Positions 1 to 11,261 of a stretch of DNA of 35,501 nt are shown here, in pieces. Source of the DNA: Octopus bimaculoides (lineage: Eukaryota). The stretch's first letter is position 1; each line of letters begins with the position of its first letter. The position numbers and the translations under genes were made by a program. Under the pieces are notes generated by a model, which made no database searches, was not told the DNA's origin, and saw only the letters and a list, made by a program, of their open reading frames with translations. The DNA lies in contig NC_068986.1 in assembly GCF_001194135.2 (NCBI RefSeq), positions 11,264,771 to 11,300,271 on the forward strand, read 5' to 3'.

Positions 1-245
1 TGTGTGTGTGTGTGTGTGTGTGTGTGCATGTGCATTTGTGCAAGGCAGAGTTGACAAACGCGTCGACATATACACATACGATGGGATTCCATACAGCTTC
101 CATTTACCAAATTTACTCACAAAACAATGGCTGACCCAGGGCTTTAGAGCAAGACACTAGCCGAAGGTGCTGTGTAGTGGAATTGAACTTGGAGAGCACA
201 TAGTTGCAGAGTGAACTTCTTAACTACATGACTATGCTTACACCT

Positions 246-281
<36 letters not shown>

Positions 282-663
282 AGAGAGACGCAAGGCATGA
301 AGGTGTTGGCGAGAGAGAAAAATAAAGACAAAAAGACAGACTGAGACATCAACAACAAAATAATCCATTTATGTCTGCTTTTCTATGCTGGTATGGGTTG
401 GATGGGACATTGTGGTGTGGTGGATGGGACATTGTGGCTCTTATTTGGAGTTGCTGCACCCTTTAGACTGGATAGGGACCACACTGCACAACCGCAGCGT
501 CCCATTTTTGGCAGGGTTTATAAGGTGGGATGCCCTTTATAATGCCAACCATTTTACAGAGTCTACTGGTACATTTTATTGTGACATTGGTGCTGGAGAA
601 GTTGTCTTGCTCCTGGTAAGACTAAGCAGTCCTTTTGATCCTGTGGTGTTTCCACTTGTTTGA

Positions 664-1270
664 GGTAACATGAATGCGAGGATGGGCAGAAGGGAAAGTG
701 ATGCAGGAGAGAAAAAAATCATGGAAAGAAAACGACAAAAGAGAAACGGTGTGAGGGAAGAGGAAAGAGTGGCTGTTGGTAAGGAGACTGAATAGCGAAT
801 AATGAGTGATGTGATGGATGGGAAGAAGACAGGGTGATGGAAGAGGGAGCAATGGAAATGAGTAACGGGAGAGGGTGAGACAGAGAGAAAGCGATGGCTA
901 GCAATAAAGGAGGGTATGGTAAGTGGGACTAAATACAGACTGATCCAGTGTCATCATTTGAAGAGGTGTTATGAGGAGGATGAGGAGTGGAGTGAACGAG
1001 GATGGTAGGGAGTGGGTTGAATTCAGAAAACTTCCACTGTTATCCCTGGTTTATATAGGCAGTGCGGTAAAGTGAGAGAAGAGATACCACACACACGCAT
1101 CGAAACGCCTAGTTTAGAATAGAGGCAGCTGATGAAGGAAAAGTTCCATAAGTGGCTCGTCTGTTTTCCTATTGTGTTCATTCTGTTGTTCGAAAAAAAA
1201 GTCCGTTTTTTTGTGCTTTGTTTATGTTCCCGTTCCTTTTTTGTCCACGTTTTTTGACGTCCTGTACCCT
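664..1270 (+). repeat. Purine-rich repeat ending in a possible Penelope-like terminus
   Basis: Low-complexity GA-rich tract, then GCAG-CTGATGA-A-GGAA aag TTCC near 1125-1146 and a T-rich tail. The GAAA core is absent. Confidence 0.3.
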
Positions 1271-1389
1271 GATATGCATCTATATATCCATGTAGATGTA
1301 GGTATGTACATATATGTATGTATACATGCATATGCTCACATATCATTTGTATTATATATATATATATCATCATCATCATCATCATCATC

Positions 1390-1732
1390 NNNNNNNNNNN
1401 NNNNNNNNNNNNNNNNNNNNNNNNNNNNNNNNNNNNNNNNNNNNNNNNNNNNNNNNNNNNNNNNNNNNNNNNNNNNNNNNNNNNNNNNNNNNNNNNNNNN
1501 NNNNNNNNNNNNNNNNNNNNNNNNNNNNNNNNNNNNNNNNNNNNNNNNNNNNNNNNNNNNNNNNNNNNNNNNNNNNNNNNNNNNNNNNNNNNNNNNNNNN
1601 NNNNNNNNNNNNNNNNNNNNNNNNNNNNNNNNNNNNNNNNNNNNNNNNNNNNNNNNNNNNNNNNNNNNNNNNNNNNNNNNNNNNNNNNNNNNNNNNNNNN
1701 NNNNNNNNNNNNNNNNNNNNNNNNNNNNNNNN
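1390..1732. other. Assembly gap (343 N)
   Basis: Run of N next to a (CAT)n microsatellite and a SINE. Confidence 1.
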
Positions 1733-1940
1733 GGGGACAAGCACAGATACAGAAACACACACACATACATATATATACGATGGACTTCTTTCAGTTTCCG
1801 TCTACCAAATCCACTCACAAGGCTTTGGTCGGCCCAAGGCTATAGTAGAAGACACTTGCCCAAGATGCCACGCAGTGGGACTGAACCCGGAACCATGTGG
1901 CTGGTAAGCAAACTACTTACCACACAGCCACTCCTGCGCC

Positions 1941-1941
<1 letters not shown>
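1733..1941 (-). mobile_element. SINE family B head (young-looking, CpG-retaining); similar fragments at 70-244(-), 15765-15830(-), 20808-20945(+), 29255-29420(-), 31755-31878(-)
   Basis: CTACCAAATCCACTCACAAGGCTTTGGTCGGCCCAAGGCTATAGTAGAAGACACTTGCCC...GGGACTGAACCCGGAACCATGTGG. Confidence 0.85.
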
Positions 1942-1979
<38 letters not shown>

Positions 1980-2118
1980 TCAATATGGAGCAAATAATTT
2001 GTGAAGATACCATTGACTCTGTTATTATCTAGTGTAACAATTTAAAAATGACAATAACAGAATCAATAATATAGGTGATTGCAGGCCCCAAAAAGGCATT
2101 AAATAGCTGAAGGATTAA

Positions 2119-2445
2119 AATTAATCAAAGTACATACAAAGTATATCTACCTGCTGGAAATAGCAGTCAAAACTCTTATTTAAATCACCAAAATACACTG
2201 ATAATAATTACAGAAATCAACCGTCCGAAGGCAAACAGGCTAAGACAATCTCCCATCGTACTTTTAAGTACTTGGACTCATGCAAGTCCAAATACTTAAA
2301 AGTACATTGGGAGATTGTCTTAGCCCGTTTGCCTTCGGACGGTTGATTTCTGTAGTTATTATCAGTGTATTTTGGTGATTTTAACTAAAAGTTCTGACTG
2401 CTATTTCCAGCAGGTAGATATACTTTGTATGTTCTTTGATTAATT
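2119..2445. repeat. 327-bp fold-back palindrome (about 160-bp arms, 6-nt loop CATGCA at 2279-2284), probable MITE or fold-back element
   Basis: 2119-2278 is the reverse complement of 2285-2445, with about 9 substitutions and 1 indel by manual alignment. Confidence 0.95.
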
Positions 2446-2457
2446 ATATATATATAT

Positions 2458-2526
2458 CAATGACTAGTGACCGAGACCTTTGGAAATATGCAGTGCGTGA
2501 GAAAACCCGGCAAGCCAAGTGAGACC
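2458..2526 (+). mobile_element. Short fragment of an RTE LINE ORF end
   Basis: ATGACTAGTGACCGAGACCTTTGG...CGGCAAGCCAAGTGA reads MTSDRDLWKYAVREKTRQAK*. The related GGCAAGTAAAGTGAGATC precedes the RTE-type tail at 23447. Confidence 0.55.
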
Positions 2527-2666
2527 AGTGCCTCCTCCATCTGAGCGATGGAGTAGGCACTAGTCTAGTCCATGCTCATGGGGTGGTTATCTCCCCTGTC
2601 AGTGTATATATGTACTGTGTTCTTCATACAGTATGAAGAGTGTTAACTCTTATTTCTTGCAATATA

Positions 2667-3430
2667 CGTGGTCTGATCAACAAGTATCCGGAATGTTTCC
2701 ATAGTAACGAAGTTAAAGCATGCGGAGTGAAGTCACCTGGCACAGATTGACCTTGAACTCTGCTGTGCATGTGAACTAAGTTTTAACATTCTACCTCATT
2801 TCCACTGTTTACAGCAGTGCTTGGAAGGAAGGTGTGTAGCCCATGATCGTCGTATTGACCATGACAGAGAAAACTGAGCAGAGAATCTGCATCAAATTTT
2901 GCCAAAAGCTTGGACAATACCTGCTCAGAGGCCTATGCTAAGTTTTTAAAAAGTTTTCATTGTTCTCAACACAATCAAGGAGATCTTGTGCAACTGAAAC
3001 CTGAATTTCTTTTTGGTCAGCTGAAAGCAGTTCTGGCACAAACTTGGCAGACACACGTCTCATATACAAGTCATCAGTGATAATGGATTGAACTGAACTG
3101 TAACTAATCTGCACATCCTCTGAAAACACATGGATGGTGATTCAACGATTTCCCCTCAGCTGAACGCACATCTGCGATGTTTCCCTCAGTTCTGCTTGTT
3201 GCAGGTTTCCCAGAATGTTTGTCACTATCGACATTTTTTGGCCATCTTGGAAACATCTGAAACACTTGTACACTTCTATCCATACACTTTATGCAATTCT
3301 GAGCAGGTATTGCTGTTCTCTGTTATGGTTAATGCAATGATCACATGCTACACACCTTCCTTCCAAGCACTCTGCATGCTTTAGCTTCGTTACTATGGCA
3401 ACAGTCTGGATACTTATTGATCAGACCTCG
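2667..3430. mobile_element. Mariner (Tc1/mariner) derivative made of two inverted 5' ends; transposase pseudogene fragments
   Basis: TA|CGTGGTCTGATCAACAAGTATCCGGA...TCTGGATACTTATTGATCAGACCTCG|TA gives TIRs plus a TA duplication. The plus strand encodes MTEKTEQRICIKFCQKL. The minus strand (ORF 2938-3129) encodes ISYSSVQSIITDDLYMRRVSAKFVPELLSADQKE...ENFLKT, typical of the mariner HTH/linker region before the first catalytic Asp. Confidence 0.9.
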
Positions 3431-3749
3431 TAGGTACTATTTAGTACCCTCAGTTACAATTAGTGATGATTAAATGTTTCCTTTATTGTGCCTAGCTGCT
3501 TATATTTTACATATTGGCAAACATCAATTGTGGAATCACCAAATATGCACAGGGTGTGGATTAAAAAATTTTTTTTAAATGTCCTTAATTGTAAAGTTCA
3601 TGAATTCATCTAAAGAAAACAGTTTTTTATAATGATCTAATTTGCTCATTGATCAATTAAAAAATTCATTAGAAACAGCTGTAATGAATTGACACCGATC
3701 CATCGTTTGTTATTTATTTATTTACAGACACACACACATACACCCACCC

Positions 3750-4480
3750 ACCCATCACTACCACCATTTTAATGTTCATTTTGTTATGTTTGTATGGAGT
3801 GGTCAATCTTCTCCAACACCACCTATTACCACTCTTCATAGTTCTGTGTCGTCTCTTTCATGTTTATTACTTTATACCATGTGTTACTAGGAGTACATCT
3901 TCCAAAAGTTCCACCAACTTCAAGTACTCCTCTTATATCCATTTTTTTCTCACATCATTTGTGCTCAGTCATTATGCACACTAACATTATAAACCTAACA
4001 GAGAATGCCCACTGCATTGCTTTCCAGCTTTTAAGCCCCACATCTTACTATTTTGTAGCATAACAGTTTGTACAGAAGAATTATACAATCTGCACTTCAC
4101 TCTGAGAGAGAAAGCAGTTTTGTCATTAACAGAAGTAATGGCTCTCTGAACTTTATCATCCATTTTTACTTGGGTAGCCTTGCTCTTGGAACACCCACAT
4201 ACAATGCTAATTAGGTCACCAATTTGGTAAAAGCTATCAACTACGATGGAGTCTATTGAGCATTTGAAGAAATCAATTTCCCTTGTACTGTCACTGTCGG
4301 CTGTGTGCGTGTATCTGTCACAAACAAAGCCTACCTTCACTGTCACCCTACCTGGGGTGCCACTACATCTCTTGTTCAGGCACTGAGTACATTGCATGGA
4401 ATTTCTGCCAACTCCTTTTCTGTATATTCCCAAGGAAATGATTCCTTTAGGGACCCATAGTCTTGCAAGCTGTATGGTGA
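3750..4480 (-). mobile_element. 5'-truncated RTE-clade LINE (3' end of ORF plus tail), decayed
   Basis: ORF 3987-4556 contains RKGVGRNSMQCTQC..KRCSG..FVCDR, VVDSFYQIGDLIS and FSLRVKCRLYNSSVQTVMLQNSKMW, the Cys-rich and post-RT segments of RTE ORFs. A decayed RTE-type tail lies at about 3750-3800. Confidence 0.8.
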
Positions 4481-5281
4481 CCCCACTAGTGCTGGTGGTA
4501 CATAAAGAGCATCCAGTACATGCTGTAAAGTGGTTGGCATTAGGAAGGGCATCCATCCTTTGAAATCATGTCAAAGCAAACACTGAAGAATGCTGCAGTT
4601 CTTGACCTCCATTGGATCCTGTCAAACCATTCAACCCATGCCAGCAAGGAACATGGGAGTTAAATGAAGATATATATATGTGTGATAGAAGTAGCCATGT
4701 ACCACGTGAGCAGTGGTAATTAGCCCTTTGTGGGTCCTGTGTGTCACATTTGATGCAAAGAAAGGACACATTTTCTTGGCATCCATGCATCATTTATGAT
4801 ACACATTTCCAATTTTTTTTCAAACCACCAGAATAACTTGGGACTTAGGAAAGGAAAGCTTTATATTACGCAGAATGTATGAAACACAGAATAATTAAAA
4901 GCTTGAAAACAAGCAGGAATGTTTAGGACAAACTTATGAAAATGCTTTGGACAGGCTAAGAGTTAACTATATGATGTGGTACACAAATGTCCATTAATAA
5001 TAATCTATAGATTAAAAATGTCTTTCTCTGCCAATATGAATTAAATGAGACAACAACAGAGTCTTGTCTCTCTCGGTCTACTTGTGTGTGTCATCTTTAC
5101 CAATTCTCCAGTGAATTTACTTTCAGGTCACAGAATATAATGGTGTCCACATTATAAAGTGATTTACATCAACAATCTCTCTGCAGTGAAACAACTGAAT
5201 ACAAGCTGTTTTAGAAGCAAGACACCATTCTAACAGGAATAACTAACAAATGCTTTGATGGATGTAAGAAAAAATTTCTAT

Positions 5282-5495
5282 TTAACCCTTTAGTATTCAG
5301 GTTACTGCCAAATATAACACTTATAAATTCACATTGCTTTGAATTAATCATGCATTACATCACTTAGCTTTGAAATTTCAATGAGGTGGTTGTTTATTTT
5401 TAAAATGACATTGTAGGGTAGGTGTGAGAGTCTGGATCTGGTTAGTTTGAACATAAAACAAGAAGAATATTTAAGCTGGATCTGGCTGGTTTGAA
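5282..5495 (+). mobile_element. piggyBac-type MITE, same family, right end eroded
   Basis: TTAACCCTTTAGTATTCAG...AATGACATTGTAGGGTAGGTGTGAGAG aligns with the 30817 copy. Confidence 0.8.
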
Positions 5496-6562
5496 TGGTC
5501 ATGGTCTAACCCGAGGTTTTTTCAAATGAACAATCTCGTGATCAAAAGCAAACAATGACTATTCCATCATATTTTCAACAACAGCACTGTTTGGTGTATT
5601 CTTTTTCATCATTGGTGAGTGATTTAGCTGCTATCTCTAGCAGGTCACATGACTACATAAAGACTCCCGCATATATTAAAATGAGGCACTGAATTGGCAG
5701 GGTTGTTGAAGCAGTAGATAAACTGCTTAGCAATAATTATTCCGGCTCTTTGCTCTCTGAGTTCAAATTCCATCAAGGTTGACTTTGCTTTTTATCCTTC
5801 TGGGGTCCTTAAGTAACAGCAGACTGGCAAGAATGTTAAAGCACTGAACAAGAAATCTTTCATTACTTATTCTTGGTTCTTTGTGTTCTGAGTTCAAATT
5901 CTGCCATGGCTTATGTAGGTAATAGATCTAATCTGTTACTTGGTTTAACACCACTGCTTGGCCCCCTAACAAAGGTATGTGGCCTAGTGGTTAGAGGGCT
6001 GTACTCATGAGCATGGGATTGTGGTTTCAGGTTCTGGACTGAGCAGTGCATTGTGTTCTTGAGCAAAACACTTTCATGTTGCTCCAGTCCACTCAGCTGT
6101 AAATGTGTTCCAGCAATGGCTGGGGAGTTAGCCCTGCAACTGACTAATGTCCCATTCAGGGGAGTGTTGTAATCTCAGTCACTTATATATCATGGAAACC
6201 TTATGGGTCTCATGGGTCCTAGGGCTCATGACAGACCTTAATCTAAATCTTGGTCCCTGAGTACCTTTAGTAAAGTCCACTCTTTCAGAAGGATTTAGAC
6301 TAGGTCTCTAGTTTGAGGATATCATCCCCACTGTCTCCCTCCCACTAACCTCAGTTGCTCTATAAAAGGTTGTGGACCTCTGTCTCTGATCAAGCAATGA
6401 AATATAAGAAAAATGTACCAGAATTAGCTGTGATCTCCTACCAGACAATTTTGTGGCCTTGTGCAATCTTCATATCTTTCGAATCATACCCCACCCCTTG
6501 TCTTGGAAAAGGGTACATTAGATAATGTAGTCCTCATTTCCTAGCACATTGGGAAAATACAA

Positions 6563-6787
6563 GATGATCGTTGCCAGTGCCACCTGACTGGCTCCCATGC
6601 TGGTGGCATGTAAAAAGCACCTACTACACTCTTGGAGTGGGAGGTGTTAGGAAGGGTATCCATCTGTAGAAACTTTTGTCAGATTGGATTGGAGCCTGGT
6701 GCAGCCATCTGGCTCATCAGTCCTCAGTCAAATTGTCCAACCCATGCCAGCATGGAAAGCAGATGTTAAACAACGATGATGATGATC
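6563..6787 (+). mobile_element. Family A copy about 100 nt into the intron downstream of the THOC7 exon at 6892
   Basis: GGCATGTAAAAAGCACC...AACCCATGCCAGCATGGAAAGC..(GAT)n. Confidence 0.85.
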
Positions 6788-6891
6788 ATAGAGGAGATTT
6801 CTTTGACCAGAGGTTTGCTTAGTTGGGGCTGAAAAATAACAACAACAGCAATAACAAGGAAATGTTGAACACAAGGTTAACCACTACTTAC

Positions 6892-7019
6892 CAATGTCTT
6901 GATTGAGATGTTCATATTTTTTTTGTTCTGTGAGGTTCATTTCATAAACCAACACAGACTTCTCCATATTGTACTCACATTGGGCAAGTGTGGCCAGCAT
7001 TCGTTGATATGTCAGGTGG
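6892..7019 (-). CDS. THOC7: THO complex subunit 7, next coding exon (equivalent to vertebrate exon 3), 128 nt
   Basis: Minus strand reads gttattttgtag|C CAC CTG ACA TAT CAA CGA ATG...GAC ATT G|gtaagt and translates (S)HLTYQRMLATLAQCEYNMEKSVLVYEMNLTEQKKYEHLNQDI, like human YQRMLSTLSQCEFSMGKTLLVYDMNLREMENYEKIYKEI. The phase joins the upstream exon exactly (AG+C = Ser). Confidence 0.95.
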
Positions 7020-7064
7020 CTACAAAATAACAATCATACCATATTATTGTTATTATTATTATTA

Positions 7065-8420
7065 ATTAGGAACAATTATTATCATTATTACTATACAAAA
7101 GTTTTTTCTTATTTAGTGAACAAAGATGTTATTTTGAGGTTTGGTGACAACATGCCTCCTCAGATCTCAAACATTTTTCTTAGAATTCTTGCAGAATACA
7201 GGATTGCACTTTACTGTAGGTCACCAACATGTGTCTCAATTCCAACATCCTTCAGCTTCTCAGATAATAGTCTCATTGTTGTGACAATGGCACCAATTAC
7301 CACAAGAACAATCAACACCTTGTGTTCCATAATCTCTTCGTCCTTCCAGCCTCTGGCAAGGTATTGATATTTCCCAACATTTCTTGATATTTACTCAACT
7401 ATATATGAGAATACAAAGGCAATCATTTTAAAATGCTTGTTCTTCCAGTCATTCACAGTTGTATCTGGTCTTTTTGCTTTCATAGCATGGTCAGTTTCTA
7501 TGCAAAGATCCTGTAATCATTATTATTCACCTTGACAGCCTCCAGCTTGCTTCTATAGAACTTTTCCATCACCTCAAATCCACAGACTTGGCTAACATAA
7601 CAATGCACTGTTACTGACAGTCATGCTTGTGCTTATACTCTTTTTGTGTTAGCTTACTGCATTGACTTAACAGATGGTTAATATGTTTGTCCCTTCTTCC
7701 ACACATTTTGCATTTGTTGTTTGACTGTGTTTAACCAATCTGTATCATTAGCAAATTTGTTATGGTTTGTTTCTAAATGGTACAATAATCCAATTCCTTG
7801 TTTCAGATTGTCATCTTCTTGCCACAACCATCATTTTCAGTTTGTTACATGAATGGGCCACACAATTCTTTATTTTTCTTGCTATTTGTCCTGTGATTTT
7901 TTTCCCTGTTCTTGAAATCCCTTACTATTTTAGTGACCCCTTCAATATTTCTAGCTGTAGATAACAGTCCTTACTCACTAAGTATGACATATTCTCCTTT
8001 AGTGATCTAATATCACGTTATATCTTTATTCCAACTGATTTCATAATTAATACTGCACACTTATTCATTCAACTCCAAACTGCAAAACAATATCCTTGCT
8101 AAATATTCTTAATGTTTGAACGAAAGAAACCAGGTCTTTTTCATATTTGGTGTATAGTTTGAGGTCATCCATATGTAGCAGATGATTTATTTTCTCTGTG
8201 GTCTTAGTGCAATCAGGATATGTGATAAAAAGAGCGAGTTTCCTGGAAATATTCTCTTCCAGATTTTCATGTTTCCTAAGGATTCACTTCTGCACTTTGG
8301 TTTTACTTCCCAAAAAATCTTCTCATGAACTTCAGTCACTCCAAAGACCAATACTGCAGTACGTTATCATATGTGTTCTTGTAGCCTATCCTACCAAAAG
8401 CTAATGCAGTTTCGCACCTC
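7065..8420 (-). mobile_element. R4/Dong-like RLE non-LTR retrotransposon, truncated and decayed (RT motifs to restriction-like endonuclease and 3' UTR)
   Basis: Minus-strand remnants read KIWKRIFQ (RRGIFQGDSLSP-like), KINHLLHMDDLKLYTK (YMDD motif near 8165) and VIGAIVTT...GIETHVGDLQ*SAILYSARILRKMFEI*. The 3' end runs into (TAA)n at 7042-7064. Confidence 0.85.
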
Positions 8421-9273
8421 TCCTTGAAAAATGCATTGTTTTGGAAATTTTTTTTTCAGATTCCTACATTTTAGATGTCAGAGATTAGAAATATGGAAAA
8501 AAAAATTTTTTTTTAAAATTTCACCCCTCCCCCCCACCATTAAACTTTTTGATTTTGTTTACTTTAAGGAAATTTTAGCAAATTGACGAACATATGCAAA
8601 TCGAAATTAAATCCAGACAAAAACATTAAAGTGAAAAGAATTTGCGTTTTACTTGTGTTTGCCTTAAATAATCGTAAATAATAATTTAATGTAAATTAAA
8701 TATACACCATTTTATGAGAAATGAACATTAATGTTTGATAATTAATGTTATAAAGTTTAATAAGAGGCTCAAATTTCCCCATCTCCCAGCTGAAGGCTTT
8801 TTGTCTTGGTGCCACATACAAAGCACCAGTGCTAATGCCACATACAGAGCACCCGGTGCATTCTTTAACCCTTCTCTTACCATATTTCTGTTGAGTTGCT
8901 GTGTTTCTTTCAATTAATCTTTTTTAAAGACAATTGTAAACAGTGACGAAAACCAAAGATCCCATCCATCCACTGTGGAATCAATAAAACAAAAGCAAGA
9001 GCTATGGAGGCTGATTAAATTAGTTACAGAGGCAAGGTTTGCTGAGTGGTTTACCAATACTGTCGCCCTTAGCATCATCCTGAACTACGAATACTAGTTC
9101 CAAGTTTTGGGATACGATCCCAAATGTCAACAGAGATACAGTAGATAAGGATGAAGCCCAGATTAAGAAAATAAAGGATTTAATTTCAACTTCTGCTTAT
9201 CAATAGATGGTGGTGGTGGTGGTGGTGCACCATAAAATAACACTCAGCTTAAAAGGTGAATTAAGATACGTAC

Positions 9274-9394
9274 CTCTCTTCATCGTTTTCAGGCATGTTG
9301 CACCATCGTACCAACATACGTAGCAGACTGTTGATTCGTTTGTCATCATTTCCACCATCTCCGTCAATTAAAAGCCTGCGTCGAATGATATCAT
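9274..9394 (-). CDS. THOC7: THO complex subunit 7, internal coding exon (equivalent to vertebrate exon 2), 121 nt
   Basis: Minus strand reads tatttccag|AT GAT ATC ATT CGA...GAA GAG AG|gtacgt and translates (D)DIIRRRLLIDGDGGNDDKRINSLLRMLVRWCNMPENDEE(S). This matches the THOC7 N-terminus I recall from human (DEVIRKRLLIDGDGAGDDRRINLLVKSFIKWCN). Phase 1 in, phase 2 out. Confidence 0.95.
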
Positions 9395-9411
9395 CTGGAA
9401 ATAGATATTAA

Positions 9412-9812
9412 CACATCATTATCATTATTGTTTTAACATCCACTTTTGCATGCTAGCATCGGGTCAAACGTTTATTGAGGCCAATTTTCTACAGCTGCAT
9501 GCCCTTCCTGTTGCCAACCCTCACTTGTTTCCAAGTAAGATAATATTTCCCCATGACCAGACATATTTTCATGGAAGACTGAAAATGAACGACACTGCTT
9601 GTATGACAGTGACACTCATTTACAACTACCATGCAATGTCAAGACAAAGAGACACACACACAAACAATAGGCTTCTTTCAGTTTCCATCAATGAAATCCA
9701 CTTACAAGGCTTTGGTCAGCCCGGGACCATAGTAGAAGATACTTTCCAAATGTGGTACACAGTGAGACAAGAAGCTAAACTTCCCAACCAAACAGTCATG
9801 CCTGTGCCTCAG
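9412..9812 (-). mobile_element. SINE family B (tRNA-like head plus RTE-like tail), full length
   Basis: Shares AATCCACTTACAAGGCTTTGGT...CTATAGTAGAAGACACTTG (head) and TAATATTTCCCCATG...ACATCCACTTTT (tail) with more than 10 other copies. Confidence 0.85.
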
Positions 9813-11003
9813 ATAAAAATGGTGGTGGCCAAGATGAATAGAACAGAGAGGTTTCTAGTCTTGTTGGAGACAACTTTCTAGTGCTGGTGGCAAGATAAAA
9901 TGTATCCAGACCAGATTTGTTTAGTTGTTGATGACAAGAGAGGGGAGGATGTGATAAACATAAATAAAGAAATAAAAATAAACATGAGACACATTAACGA
10001 AGAAAGCTGGTCGTCTTCTGTTGCTGTGTACGGCAAATGACAAGGATCACAGATAAGTGGCGAGACACTGTGGGACCTGTCCATCTCTTTATTTGCATCA
10101 TGAAATAATAATATAGTATAACTTAGAAATGACAAATTGTAAAGTAATACGTCATATTCTCTCTCTCTTTGTATGTGTGTGTGTGTGTGTGTATATCTAT
10201 TATCTATATATATATATATATAAAAAAAGATATAAAGTGAAGTATAAATATTACATCACAAAATAAACAAAAACATATATATATAAGAATATCTCCCAGA
10301 TATATATATATATATATGATGATGATGATGATATATATATATAAAAGCATACACAATTACCATTGGATAAAATATTACATTCTATACTTCACATCAATAG
10401 ATATTAATAAGGTTATGCATTACACACACACACACACACAATTAGAAAGTATATTATTATCCATATATCATACCATCAGTTTTATCATAGAGTAATATAT
10501 AGGGAAACAGCATGGTCGGAACAGTGGAATTCCAAAACAAATGCATTATTTGCAGCATCTAGTTCCATTTCATTACGTTCTGAGTTACGATTCCAGTCAG
10601 GGAGAGTGACCTTCTGATTACCCTTCTGGGACAATAAAATAAGTGTCAGTTACATTTGGGGTTGATTCTGTTACTACACCCACATACTCTGAATCTGTAT
10701 CAAAGTGAGAAATCAATATAACGCGGCAATAAATAATATCCTACAGACAGGATAATACATTACATTCGATATCACACACTCAAATATCACAAAAATAGGT
10801 TATATTATATTATACATCAATATTAGAATACACAATTGCTATAAATAGAAGTAAACATCAATCAACTAGATTACATGTGCTAGCTTCTATTCCAGGATGT
10901 AGCTGTTCTACTTCATTGTATATCCCATTCTCTATATTCTTAAGAAAGACATAATCATCACATAATCTTGTTATATCACTCCTATATATCTGAAGGTTTG
11001 AGC

Positions 11004-11229
11004 TTAACCCTTAAGTGTTTAAGCTGACCATACCCAGCCAAAATATTCTTCCTGTTTTATCCTTGAAGTGACCAGATCCAGTCTCTCACACCTATCCTAC
11101 ACTGTTAGTCTAAAAAATATACAATCACATTGAAATCCGAAGGCTACAAGATAATATATGCTTAATTCAAAACAATGTGACTAAATAAGCATTACATTTG
11201 AGAGCGTAATCTGAAGGCTAATGGGTTAA
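11004..11229 (-). mobile_element. piggyBac-type MITE, same family as 30817
   Basis: TTAACCCTTAAG...GCTAATGGGTTAA; interior is the reverse complement of the 30817 copy. Confidence 0.85.
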
Positions 11230-11261
11230 ATAATTATCATGGGGCAAATAATTATTATTAA

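Noticed and set aside
399-437. Tandem duplication of TGGATGGGACATTGTGG
   Set aside because: Ordinary local duplication within a decayed family A copy.
1045-1160. FYIGS as a GIY-YIG motif, and CTGATGA at about 1129 as a hammerhead
   Set aside because: The YIG has no upstream GIY and hits a stop after 4 codons. The stem II GGAA/TTCC is followed by ATAA instead of GAAA, and there is no usable stem I/III.
1023-2032. Long ORFs spanning the first N gap (and those at 25299-25755)
   Set aside because: They are open only because N codons translate as X; the flanks are microsatellite and SINE sequence.
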